In this document: piece by piece, positions 46,430 to 56,071 of the stretch
Position numbering within the stretch: the first letter of the stretch is position 1
How the letters are laid out: each line of letters begins with the position of its first letter
Origin: an uncultured Chloroflexia bacterium
Lineage (GTDB): Bacteria > Chloroflexota > Limnocylindria > Limnocylindrales > CSP1-4
Direction: 5' to 3'
Length of the DNA: 64,000 bases
NCBI GenBank assembly: GCA_963755285.1
Contig: CAVWJB010000005.1
Location: 94,433 to 158,432 of the forward strand
Notes under the pieces: generated by a model
What the model saw: only the letters and a program-made list of their open reading frames with translations
Database searches by the model: none
What the model was told of the DNA's origin: nothing
Made by a program: the position numbers and the translations under genes

Positions 46430-47634
46430 TGGACGAGCCTTCGCAACGATCGATCGAACTGGCGCGCGAGGTCGACCGCCTGACCCAGCCAGCTGAGCTC
46501 GGAGATCGCTTCGCGCGCCCGGGTTCGAATGGACAGGAGGTCGTCATCGGAGAGGTTGAGCAGCCACCGCGACGCGCGGGCGAATGCCTCGGAATCCAAG
46601 GTGTCGACCAGGACCCCGGTGTCAGCCGACCGAACATACTGCGGCCATCCGCCGGCCCGTGAGGCGACCACCGGCAGGCCAGCCGCCATCGCCTCGGCGA
46701 CGATCGCTCCGAACCCCTCGTAGACCGATGTGGCCAGCAACAGCGAGTGCGTCCTGAACAGCTCGGGCATCCGGTCGTGTGGTACGTCGGCCATGACGTC
46801 GACACGCCCTCGCACATCGGGCGGGAATGCGGCCAGGACGACGTCTCGCTCAGCCACGGTCCCGACGACGGTAAGGCGCACGTCGCTGCCTTCTGCCAGG
46901 GCCGAGAACGCGTCGACCAGCAGACGCTTGCCCTTGGGCCACTGCCAGGAGCCGGACCACAGGATCCGGTTTCTCGGGAGCGGATCGAGGGCCAGGTCCA
47001 TCCAATCCGGTGGCACGCCCGACGGTGTCACGCCGATCTGGGACCTCGACTTCCACCCATGCCGCGTGACGAACTCCATCTCGGGGTACGTGTGGCAGAT
47101 GAAGAGGTCCGCGGCGCGGATCGCCCTCTCGACCTCCCACAGGCGCAGGCCGCCGAAGTACAGGCGGTGGGCGATCGAACAGCGCTCGTAGCCGTCCGAA
47201 ACCTCCTGCTGAAAGGCCCGCCAGTAGAGGTGCTCGAGACCATGGCTGCGGGCGACCATGAGCCGGCGGCGACCGAGGCGATCACGTCGGACGAGTGGGG
47301 CGATGAAGCCATCGCCGCCGCTGAACTGAATCACGTCGAACGGGGCGCTGCGCTGCTCGATCTGCCGGATCTGTCGGGCGATCAGCGGCGCGAAGAGCGT
47401 GTAGTTGAAGCCCTTGCGAGCGACCCAGGGTGGAACGTCGTCGAGGAAGAGATTGTCCACATGATGGCCCAGGCGACGGAGCTCCCGGGTCAGCATCGCG
47501 CTGTGGACCGGCATCCCGCCCGCGATGCCTCGATTGCAGTTCATCACGGTCAGGATCCGGAGCGTCCGCGTCCTTGCCTCGGCGTGGTCCCTCCCAGCCG
47601 CAGCGCCCGGATGAGGCAGAACGGCGCTAACCAT
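46426..47634 (-). CDS. GT4-family glycosyltransferase
   Basis: 402 aa; ...EGFGAIVAEAMAAGLPVVASRAGG... Confidence 0.72.
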   Translation of the reverse strand: MVSAVLPHPGAAAGRDHAEARTRTLRILTVMNCNRGIAGGMPVHSAMLTRELRRLGHHVDNLFLDDVPPWVARKGFNYTLFAPLIARQIRQIEQRSAPFDVIQFSGGDGFIAPLVRRDRLGRRRLMVARSHGLEHLYWRAFQQEVSDGYERCSIAHRLYFGGLRLWEVERAIRAADLFICHTYPEMEFVTRHGWKSRSQIGVTPSGVPPDWMDLALDPLPRNRILWSGSWQWPKGKRLLVDAFSALAEGSDVRLTVVGTVAERDVVLAAFPPDVRGRVDVMADVPHDRMPELFRTHSLLLATSVYEGFGAIVAEAMAAGLPVVASRAGGWPQYVRSADTGVLVDTLDSEAFARASRWLLNLSDDDLLSIRTRAREAISELSWLGQAVDLARQFDRSLRRLVQ

Positions 47635-48664
47635 ATGCGGCCAGACAGCGCTCGGCCGTTGCCTGCCAGGTGAACCGTCCGGTCACCTGCGAGCGGGCCG
47701 ATCTCCCAAGGCGATCTGACAGCTCCGGATCGGCGAGGAATTTCGCGATGGTCGCGCGCAGCGCGTCGGGGTCGGTGGCCGGGACAACGAATCCCGTGGT
47801 GCCGTCCTCGACGACCTCGGACTCCGGTCCGGGCTCCATGCAGATCACGGGCGTGGCACAGGCCATCGATTCCAGCAGCACCAGGCCGAGAAGCTCGGCC
47901 TGTCGCCACGACGGTAGAACGGTCACCAGGCTCGTCCGATAGGCCATCACGACGTCGCGATCCGATGCGTCCGTGACGAACTCGACGGAGCGCCCGGCTG
48001 CGCGGCGCTTGAGGGCGTCGAAGTACTCCGAGTCGTATGGCCGGCCAATGACGAGCAGCGGAACGTCGGGATCGACCGCGTCGATCAGCTGTTCGATGCC
48101 CTTGCTCGGGATCAGCCGTCCGACGAACAGGATCTGTCGCTTCCTCGCCACGTTGGCTGGCGAGAACTGTTCGACGTCTGCGCCGCCGTAGATGACCCCC
48201 GCGCGGCGACCGAACTCCGGGTAGCGCGACGCCGCGTAGCGGGACACGAACAGGAAGCGATCGACCAACCGTCCCATCGGCAGGATGCGCGCCAGGCTCA
48301 CGTCCGCCCCCCCACCCTGGTCGGTGACGAACACGTGCTTGCCGCTGAGCTTGCCGTAGAGCACCGCGAGGTCGGTTGGCAGGACGTGCCAGGCAAGGCA
48401 GTGGATGACATCGACATCGCGAAGCGCATTCAGGAACCGCGGGTTGAACGGGTTGTTCAGCCGTCCGCGCACCAGCCACCTTCGCGGATAGACCTCGATT
48501 CGCAGGCGTCCTTCCTGACGACGCTCCCGATGGCGGCCGAACGTCACGAGCCGGGTATCCACCTCCTCGGCGAGGGCATGGGCGAGCTCCTGCGCATAGC
48601 GCTCACCACCGCCGACATGACCCTCGTCACCGAACTCGATTGGGTAGACGATCGCGACCTTCAT
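47627..48664 (-). CDS. GT4-family glycosyltransferase
   Basis: 345 aa; ...FVGRLIPSKGIEQLIDA...ELLGLVLLESMACATPVICMEPGPESEVVEDGTTG... Confidence 0.72.
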   Translation of the reverse strand: MKVAIVYPIEFGDEGHVGGGERYAQELAHALAEEVDTRLVTFGRHRERRQEGRLRIEVYPRRWLVRGRLNNPFNPRFLNALRDVDVIHCLAWHVLPTDLAVLYGKLSGKHVFVTDQGGGADVSLARILPMGRLVDRFLFVSRYAASRYPEFGRRAGVIYGGADVEQFSPANVARKRQILFVGRLIPSKGIEQLIDAVDPDVPLLVIGRPYDSEYFDALKRRAAGRSVEFVTDASDRDVVMAYRTSLVTVLPSWRQAELLGLVLLESMACATPVICMEPGPESEVVEDGTTGFVVPATDPDALRATIAKFLADPELSDRLGRSARSQVTGRFTWQATAERCLAAYG

Positions 48665-50142
48665 CGATCCGAACCCTGGGCGGCCGGCCGGCGGAGTCGG
48701 CCAGCTCGACCGAGGTAGCTGCGCAGGCTGCCGATGAGCCCGGGCGTTGTCCCGAGCAGGACCAGGGCGGCGACGATCGATCCGCAGACCGTGGCGATCG
48801 GGGCTCCGACCGGGGTGAGGAGGACGACCGCCGCGCCGCCCGCACCAATAGCCGCGAGGCCGTGCACCAGGGGGCGCAGCGGCAGGTCCCGGCCGATCCG
48901 CCGCCTGCCCAGCCCGACTGTCAGACCCAGGATCAGGGCATTCGTCGCGAGAACCGCGAGGGCCGCACCCGTCGCTCCCGCGGCCGGGACGAGCAGCACC
49001 AGGAGGATGACGACACTCGGGAGCGCCGCGAACAGGACCATCAGGTTGATCCGCTGGAACCCGGCGGCCGTGAGCGATTCAGCTACGAGGATCGACGGGA
49101 ACAGCAGGCCCACGGCGGCCAGGAGGAGCATGAAGGGCACGACCGAGGCCACGAATCCGGGGCCGAACAGGACGCGGACGAGCAGCGGTCCAAAGCCAAT
49201 CCCAAGGATCACAACCGGGACAGCCGCCAGGAGGGCCACCGAGACGAGACGGTCGAGGATCCTCCTGAACTCGAGTCGGTTTCCGACCCAGCTCCGTGCC
49301 AGCAAGGGGAATGTCGTCGTCCGGAGGATCAGCGGGATCAAGGCCAGCTGGACGGGAACGCGACTGGCCGCGTGAAAGAGGCCGACGGCGGCAAGGTTGG
49401 TCGAGGACAGCAACAGCACCGGGGCTTGCTGGATCGCGGTTCCCAACACGGTGCCCAGGCCGAGGGGCCACGACTCACCGACGAAGTAACGCCAATGCAC
49501 GACCGAGGGCCGGGTCAGGGCCACCAGACCGAGGCTCAGACGGAGGGTCCAGCCATCGGAGATCAATCGCGCTGCCAGGGCCGCCCCGGCGAGGGCAACG
49601 ATCGAACCGCCGGCGAGGAGCACGCCCAGGGTGAGGACGAAATGGAGCCCGACGCCCGTGAGCGCCGGTCCAAGGAGCCGAGTGAGCCGCAGCTCGGCCT
49701 GGAACGGGAGGGCCAGCAGCGCGGCGGGCTCCAGGAACACGATGAGTCCGTAGAGCGCGATAGCCTGCTGCACGGCGACCGGGAACCCGACGAAGACGAG
49801 CCCGGCCAGCATCAGGAGGTAGGCGGTCGAGGACGCAATCAGTTGCAGCGCGGCTCCGCTGGCCAGGAGACCGGCGCGCTCGTCGGGGCGCCGCGAGATC
49901 TCCCGAAGGAGTACCGTCCCGAGGCCCCACTCCGCGAAGACGCCATCGAAGGTGGCGACGTAGGCGAAGACCAGGGCGTAGGCACCAAAGCCGGCAACAC
50001 CGAGATAGCGGGCCAGGGCTGCGACCAGGATCAGCCCGGTGGCGATCCGCAGTCCGGGACTGATCAGCTGGACGAGCGTGTTGCTGACGACTCGTTGGTT
50101 CAACGAAGCCGTGACGAGGTCCTCGTCGGCGTCCACCGCCAT
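48661..50142 (-). CDS. wzx: oligosaccharide/polysaccharide flippase (Wzx, MOP superfamily)
   Basis: 493 aa, about 12-14 TM segments, N-terminus NTLVQLISPGLRIATGLILVAALARYLGVAGFGAYAL typical of Polysacc_synt flippases. Confidence 0.72.
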   Translation of the reverse strand: MAVDADEDLVTASLNQRVVSNTLVQLISPGLRIATGLILVAALARYLGVAGFGAYALVFAYVATFDGVFAEWGLGTVLLREISRRPDERAGLLASGAALQLIASSTAYLLMLAGLVFVGFPVAVQQAIALYGLIVFLEPAALLALPFQAELRLTRLLGPALTGVGLHFVLTLGVLLAGGSIVALAGAALAARLISDGWTLRLSLGLVALTRPSVVHWRYFVGESWPLGLGTVLGTAIQQAPVLLLSSTNLAAVGLFHAASRVPVQLALIPLILRTTTFPLLARSWVGNRLEFRRILDRLVSVALLAAVPVVILGIGFGPLLVRVLFGPGFVASVVPFMLLLAAVGLLFPSILVAESLTAAGFQRINLMVLFAALPSVVILLVLLVPAAGATGAALAVLATNALILGLTVGLGRRRIGRDLPLRPLVHGLAAIGAGGAAVVLLTPVGAPIATVCGSIVAALVLLGTTPGLIGSLRSYLGRAGRLRRPAAQGSDR

Positions 50143-50195
50143 CGCGGTGTCCGCTTCGCTCGGCCCGGTCCAGGTTCAGGCTGGTGCTCATCTGG

Positions 50196-50753
50196 TCACT
50201 TGCGGACGGCGAGCTCGATGCTCATGAAGAACGCGGGTTGGATCCAGCACAGGTGGCGTTCATAGAAAGCCGGCCACCGATTGGCCAGGCGGCGCATCAG
50301 GGCGTTCATGCGGGACGGGTGGAAGACGAGGAGCCGCCGGACATAGGCGAACCTCTTGTCCGTGTAATACGGATGAGCGGACGATCCGGTGAAGAAGTCG
50401 AAGCTGAACATCCCGAATTGATGGCAGTGGGTCGGATCGGTGAAGGCGTTGGCGCAGCTGAAGTGCGGCGTGGTGACGAAGACCCGTGCGCCCGGCCTGG
50501 ATACCCGATGGATCTCGTCCATCGTCGCGACGGTGTCCGGCAGGTGCTCGAGGATGTCGTGGCACCAGACCTCACGGAAGGCCTCGCTGGGAAAGGGCCA
50601 GGGAAACACGCGGAGGTCATGAACCACGTCCGGCCGACAGCTGGCATTCAGGTCGACGTTGAGCGCGCCGATCCTCGGGCTGAGTCCGCTACCGAGAACC
50701 AGGACGTCCGCAACAGACGCCGGCGTCCTGACGGGAAGCGTGAGCGTCGTCAC
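50196..50753 (-). CDS. class I SAM-dependent methyltransferase (Methyltransf_11/23-like)
   Basis: 185 aa from GTG 50753, which overlaps the dehydratase stop (GTGA). Motif I VLVLGSG; ...HDILEHLPD... Confidence 0.62.
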   Translation of the reverse strand: MTTLTLPVRTPASVADVLVLGSGLSPRIGALNVDLNASCRPDVVHDLRVFPWPFPSEAFREVWCHDILEHLPDTVATMDEIHRVSRPGARVFVTTPHFSCANAFTDPTHCHQFGMFSFDFFTGSSAHPYYTDKRFAYVRRLLVFHPSRMNALMRRLANRWPAFYERHLCWIQPAFFMSIELAVRK

Positions 50754-51784
50754 GGCATACCGGCAGGCGCCAGAGCGTCCTTGATGGCCGGAGTTGGCGA
50801 GGACAGGAACTGCCGGTACCACCTCACGGTGCGATCGAGTCCGTCCTCGAGACCCACGTCCGGCTGCCAGCCTAGGGTCAGCCTGGCCAGGGTGCTGTCG
50901 AGGAACTGGCGGTCGATTTCCGCCGGGGGCACTCCCCCGCCCCGAATGTCAAGAGCGATGTCCTCGGACTTGCATGCCTCGAGAACACGGCGGAGCATGT
51001 CGAGGACCGAGATCGGTTGACCGCCTCCGAAGTTGAACGCGTAGTCGCCCGTGTCGACCTGCGCGAACCGTTCCCCGAGCGTCAGGTACGCCGCAACGGC
51101 GTCGTCCACATGGAGGTAGTCCCGAACCGGGGATCCGTCGCTGCGCAGGACCGGACGCTCGCCCGTCAGAACCGAGCGGATCGTTCCGGGGATCAGACGG
51201 CTGAAGTTCAGGTCCCCGCCGCCATAGATGTTGGCGCATCGGGCGACGGCAACGTCGAGCCCGAAGGTCGCTCGATACGAGCGCACGAGCAGCTCGGCAC
51301 AGGCCTTCGAGGCATCGTACGGATTGACCCCAAGGAGGGCCATCTCTTCGGTGTAGGGCAGCGTGGGCTGGGAGCCATAGGCCTTGTCGCTCGAGGCGAC
51401 GATCAACCGCTCCACGAGCGGTGCGGTGCGGCACGCCTCGAGGATGATCCACGTCCCCCGCACGTTGGATTCGAACGTCGACACGGGCGACCGATTGGCC
51501 GCGCCGACAATTGCCTGGGCGGCGAGGTGGTAGACCGTGTCCACCTCGTATTCGTTCAGCGCGCGTTCGACGGTGGCGGCATCGACGATCGATCCGCGTA
51601 CGACGTTCACCCGATCGGCCAGGCCCAGCAGGTCGAAGTTGGTGAGCCGCGGCTCGTCTCGAAGGATCGCCGTGACGAGCGCGCCACGATCGACCAGGGC
51701 ACTCGCCAGCCAGGAGCCCACAAAGCCCCCGGCCCCGGTGACCAGGACGTTCCTGTCCCGCCAGAACGTCGACGTCACCGTCAT
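50750..51784 (-). CDS. CDP-glucose 4,6-dehydratase (RfbG/DdhB-like SDR)
   Basis: 344 aa from ATG 51784 (MTVTSTFWRDRNVLVTGAGGFVGSWL...), with the HLAAQ..., SSDKAYG, YDASKACAEL pattern of CDP-glucose 4,6-dehydratases. Overlaps the upstream stop (ATGA). Confidence 0.72.
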   Translation of the reverse strand: MTVTSTFWRDRNVLVTGAGGFVGSWLASALVDRGALVTAILRDEPRLTNFDLLGLADRVNVVRGSIVDAATVERALNEYEVDTVYHLAAQAIVGAANRSPVSTFESNVRGTWIILEACRTAPLVERLIVASSDKAYGSQPTLPYTEEMALLGVNPYDASKACAELLVRSYRATFGLDVAVARCANIYGGGDLNFSRLIPGTIRSVLTGERPVLRSDGSPVRDYLHVDDAVAAYLTLGERFAQVDTGDYAFNFGGGQPISVLDMLRRVLEACKSEDIALDIRGGGVPPAEIDRQFLDSTLARLTLGWQPDVGLEDGLDRTVRWYRQFLSSPTPAIKDALAPAGMP

Positions 51785-52810
51785 CGGCGCACCGCGATCA
51801 CGTCCGCGATGTTGCCGAGGCCCACCTGCGCCTCGGCCCGGGCCAGGAGTCGGGCCAGCGTCGACAGGCCCGGCATTTGGCGGGGTCGACCTGACGCGAC
51901 GCCCACAGGCGACACGTCCGCGGTCGCGGCTGCGCCCCGGCGGGAGATCGAGCCGAATGTCTGGCGATACGCGCGTCTCGCCATTGCGCGCATGGTCAGC
52001 TCCATCGTTCCGGGGCTGTGCCACGGGTCGTAGGTTTCGATTGAGAGCACTCGGAACCCCTCTTCGGTTAGGAGTTGACGGAGGTGTCGTGGCTCATAGA
52101 AGGTCACGTGTTGCGGGCAGCGAAGGCCCCACCAGGATTGACGTCCGAGCCGCCCGTCGAGCGAGCCGATGTTCGGCATCTGGAGGTGGAGGACGCCTCC
52201 TCGGGTTGAGTGCGTCGCGGATCCCCTGCAGCACCGCGCGCGGGTCGTAGAGGTGCTCCAGCACGTGGTAGGCGCCGACCGCATCGTGGCTGCCGCCCGG
52301 GATCTTGAAGTCGTCGAACCCGATGACGTGAAGGTCGAGACCGTGGCGATCGCGTGCCACTCGAACGGCCGAGCCATGGACCTCACTGCCCGCGACGTCC
52401 CATCCTCGAGCCTGCATTACGGCGAGGAAGTTGCCATCGCCGCAGCCAATCTCGAACAGTCGGTGGCCCGGAGCGACCGCGGTCAATCGGGCGGCCCGAT
52501 AGGCGAAGGTCGGGTTGGCCAGCTGCTGCGGCAGTGCCTCCTGGGCGTGTTCATACGGCTCGCGGTAGAGGGCGTCATAGAACGAGGCGAGATCCCGCGC
52601 GGCGACGCGAGGCGACAATCGGACGAGCCCGCATTCTCGGCAGGCCACATAGCCATACGGCGGCTGCCGGAACAGCCGTCTGGAGCGTGCAGACCCGCAG
52701 AGCACGCACGTCGGGACGGGCTCCGTCTCGCTGGTTCGGGGCGGATCCTCGACTTGATCCACGGGCTCGATCGCGCTGATCGGCACGCCCGCTTGCGGAG
52801 CGAGGGTCAT
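51781..52810 (-). pseudogene. zinc-ribbon SAM-dependent sugar C-methyltransferase-like enzyme (TylC3 / Methyltransf_13-type), frameshifted near 52185-52200
   Basis: N-terminal frame: CVLCGSARSRRLFRQPPYGYVACRECGLVRL (C-x2-C...C-x2-C), motif I LFEIGCGDGNF, ...AYHVLEHLYDPRAVLQGIRDALNPR|. C-terminal frame: |GGVLHLQMPNIGSLDGRLGRQSWWG..HVTFYEPRHLRQLLTEEGFRVL... Start ATG 52810 overlaps the rfbF stop (ATGA). Confidence 0.55.
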
Positions 52811-53604
52811 GGCGCGCCCCAGGTCCGCCACGGAGCCTTGCCGGAGGACCATGTCGCATTGAGATCGGCCTGATCCTTGTACGTATCCATGCAGGCCCAG
52901 AAGCCTTCGTGTCGGAACGCCACCAGCTGGCCGTCCGCGGCCAATTGCTCCATGGGTTCCCGTTCGAGGATGCTGTCGTCCTCCAGGTAGTCGAAGATCC
53001 GCCGGTCGAACACGAAGAAGCCCCCGTTGATCCAGCCATCGAGCCGTGGTTTCTCCTCGAAGCGAGTCACCAGGTTGTCGTCGCGGACGTCGAGCAACCC
53101 GAAGGTGAGGCGCGGTCGGACGACCGTGACGGTCGCCACCTTGCCGTGCGATCGGTGGAACTCGAGCAGCCTGGACAGGTCGACATCCGACACGCCGTCG
53201 CCATAGGTGGTGAAGAAGATGTCACCCTCGATGTGACCGCTCAGCCGCTTGATCCGCCCGCCGGAGTTCGTCTCGGCCCCGGTGTCGACACACGAGATCG
53301 ACCAGCCATCGTCGCTGCTCGGCAGGAGCTGCGGAGGGCTGCCGGACCCAAGCCGGAGGCGGATGTCGCGCCCGCGCCAGCCGTCCTGGTCGATGAAGTA
53401 CTCGGTGATCCGATCACCCAGGTGGCCCAGGGCCAGGATGAAGTCGGAGAAGCCGTAGTGGGCGTAGCCCTTCATGATGTGCCACAGGATCGGCCGCGAA
53501 CCCACTTCGACGAGGACCTTCGGCAGGCTCTCGGTGCGCTCTCGCAGACGGGTGCCCTTGCCACCACACAGGACGACGGTCTGGATGCCGTTCGAGGCGG
53601 TCAT
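52807..53604 (-). CDS. rfbF: glucose-1-phosphate cytidylyltransferase
   Basis: 265 aa from ATG 53604: MTASNGIQTVVLCGGKGTRLRERTESLPKVLVEVGSRPILWHIMKGYAHYGFSDFILALGH... closely follows the RfbF/DdhA pattern. Confidence 0.8.
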   Translation of the reverse strand: MTASNGIQTVVLCGGKGTRLRERTESLPKVLVEVGSRPILWHIMKGYAHYGFSDFILALGHLGDRITEYFIDQDGWRGRDIRLRLGSGSPPQLLPSSDDGWSISCVDTGAETNSGGRIKRLSGHIEGDIFFTTYGDGVSDVDLSRLLEFHRSHGKVATVTVVRPRLTFGLLDVRDDNLVTRFEEKPRLDGWINGGFFVFDRRIFDYLEDDSILEREPMEQLAADGQLVAFRHEGFWACMDTYKDQADLNATWSSGKAPWRTWGAP

Positions 53605-55010
53605 ACGCGGGCTCGCTCGATCAGTCGGGTCTCGCTGCCGTCCGACGGCTCCCAGCGCCCCAGGACCGCATGCGACTGGCTGCTTCGCCGACCCGCCCAC
53701 AGCAGCCGATAGGTCTGGATCATGATCCGGACGTCCTCCCAGATCGTGTAGTTGCGCACATAGGCGAGATCCTGGGTCGCCTGCTGCTCGATCGTGGCGT
53801 CGCCGATCAGTCGCCACGGACCGGTCAGGCCGGGTCGCATGCTCGTCAAGGCCGAGGCGGATGCCGACGGCGCACCGCGACCGATGGCCACCGGGCGGGG
53901 CCCGACCAGGCTCATGTCTCCCACGAGCACGGCCACCAACGCCGGCATGCCACGGACCGGCAGTTGCGGGCTCGACTTCCGAGACAGCAACCACAGCGTG
54001 AGGTGGCGTCCATCTGGGCCATACACGGTCCGCTTTCCCCACAGCGGCCGGATGCCAGCCAGGCGTGCTCTCACGAGATCGATCGCGGCGATCGGGGCGA
54101 CGAGGATCAAGAGCAGCGTCGCACCAACGACGTCGAATGCACGCTTGAGGACCGCTTCGAGTCCCGTGATCCGTGCTCGCCGCAGGGTCACCATCGGGAT
54201 GAGGCTGCGCTCGGCGATCAGAACGCCGTTCGTCAACAGCGACGAAGGGGTGACCGCCATTCGAAGGACCGGTTGATCGCGCGCGACCATGATCGCCGTG
54301 ATCTCCTCGAGCCGTTCATGCGGCAACGCCTGCGGGACGAGGACGTACTCGTCGATGTCCTCGTGCGCATCGCTCCGAACCACGTCATCCGGACGGCCGA
54401 TGACGGAGATCCCATCGATGACCGGCCAGCCGATCGGGAGATACTCGTCGAGGAAGCCTCGGACGATGAGCCCCTCGTTCCTGGCACCGCGGAGCTGCTC
54501 AGCGATTGCGACCGCATCGGCCGACGCCCCGACGATCGCGATGCGCGTCTGGAGGAAGCCACGCCGGCGGTAGGCCCGGACAATCCTTCGAGCAACGAAC
54601 CGCTCGAGCACGAGCAGCCCTGGGACCACCAGGACGACGAGCACGAGCCACGACCGCGAAACAAGCGGGCGATCCCCGGCGAAGTAGCTGGCGGCCATGA
54701 CCATCGCCGTGGCAATCGTCACCGCACGAAAGACACGTGCGTATTCGTGCGAGCCCGCCAGGATCCGATCGGTGTCGTACAGACCATCGAGCCGGAACCA
54801 GATCAGGACGAATCCGGCCATCAGCGCCGACGCCAGGACATGCCGATCGAAGTCGTATGGCACGGCGATCGAGGCGTTGTCCAGGGCCAGCCGCAACGCG
54901 TTGACCGCGACCACAGCGAACGCCAGCGTTATCGCGTCGGCGACCAGCAGGCCGCGCAACAGCGTCGATCGCTCGCGCTGGGTGTCCTGAGGGGTGTGAG
55001 CTGCGTTCAC
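53601..55010 (-). CDS. WbaP-like polyprenyl-phosphate hexose-1-phosphate transferase (large PGT: N-terminal TM bundle plus C-terminal Bac_transf domain) with an atypical, shortened catalytic-loop region
   Basis: 469 aa from GTG 55010, which overlaps the hddA stop (GTGA). C-terminal domain has [23 protein letters not shown]... and ...[10 protein letters not shown]...[11 protein letters not shown]...[16 protein letters not shown]. The segment between, [30 protein letters not shown], lacks the usual ~25 aa ending in SLDELPQL. Other reading frames there were checked and do not contain it. Confidence 0.62.
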   Translation of the reverse strand: [469 protein letters not shown]

Positions 55011-56071
55011 GCCACCGGCCTCTCGACGCCTGCCAGGTCCGGGTGGCCGAACGATCGCGTATGCGGCATCGCATCCATGAGGAGCATGGCGCCGCCCTGC
55101 TCGAAGCCGAAGTCCATCCGGACCAGACCACGTGCCTCGAGGGCTGCCGTGACCGCCGGCTGGAACTCCTCCCTGCTGTAGAGCAACAGGAAGCCGCCGC
55201 CGCCGGCGCCGGTGATCTTGCCGCCCGTCGCGCCATTCAGCCGAGCCACGGCGTACCACTCGTCGATCTGGGCCGTCGACACCCCGCGGGCGAGGCGCTT
55301 CTTCGCCGTCCATGACGCGTCCAGCAGGTCGCCATACGCGTCGAGGTCACCGGACCTCAGCACCTTGAGCGTCTCGTGAGCGAGCTCCAGGATTCGATCG
55401 AGCGAGGCGATCACGTCGTGATCCCCACGCTCACTCGACGTTCGCTGTTCGCGCAGGATCGCCGGCGAGTCATGGGACAACCCCGTGAAGAAGAGCATCA
55501 GACGCCGCTCCAGGGCGGTCTCCACCTCTGGGGGAAGGCCGACCGGGCTGACCTCGGTCCCATCGCGCCCGAAGGAGATCGCGTTCAGACCGCCGAACGC
55601 TGATGCGTACTGGTCCTGATGGCCGATCGGGAAGTGGAGCTTCTCGGTCTCCACGTGGATCGCCAGCTCCGCCAGCTGCGCTCGCGTCTGGCTCAGTCCC
55701 ACCAACCGACCCAAGGCCCTGGCGAGGGCCACCGAGGCGGCGCTCGACGAGCCCAAGCCGGTCCCAGGCGGGACTTCGGACGCAAGGAAGATCGACAGCC
55801 CGCGATCGAGTCCGAAGTGGTGGAGAAAGGCCCGAGGCAGCGCGAGATCACCGTCCCATGCCAGGGGCGCGTCCTGCGGCTGGCGAAACATCGTCTGGTA
55901 GTCCGATGAGGTGATCTGGACCGAATCGCCGGAGCTCAATCGCACGAACGCATAGATGTAGCGATCGATCGAGGTCGAGATCACGAGGCCGCCGCGCTGC
56001 CGGAAGTACGCGGGCAGGTCTGTGCCGCCGCCGGCGAGGCTCAGCCGAACCGGAGCGCGAGCGATGAGCAT
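55007..56071 (-). CDS. hddA: GHMP-family sugar kinase, D-glycero-alpha-D-manno-heptose 7-phosphate kinase (HddA-like)
   Basis: 354 aa; RAPVRLSLAGGGTDLPAY..., PPGTGLGSSSAASVALARAL. Context gmhA-gmhB-hddC-hddA. Confidence 0.68.
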   Translation of the reverse strand: MLIARAPVRLSLAGGGTDLPAYFRQRGGLVISTSIDRYIYAFVRLSSGDSVQITSSDYQTMFRQPQDAPLAWDGDLALPRAFLHHFGLDRGLSIFLASEVPPGTGLGSSSAASVALARALGRLVGLSQTRAQLAELAIHVETEKLHFPIGHQDQYASAFGGLNAISFGRDGTEVSPVGLPPEVETALERRLMLFFTGLSHDSPAILREQRTSSERGDHDVIASLDRILELAHETLKVLRSGDLDAYGDLLDASWTAKKRLARGVSTAQIDEWYAVARLNGATGGKITGAGGGGFLLLYSREEFQPAVTAALEARGLVRMDFGFEQGGAMLLMDAMPHTRSFGHPDLAGVERPVA

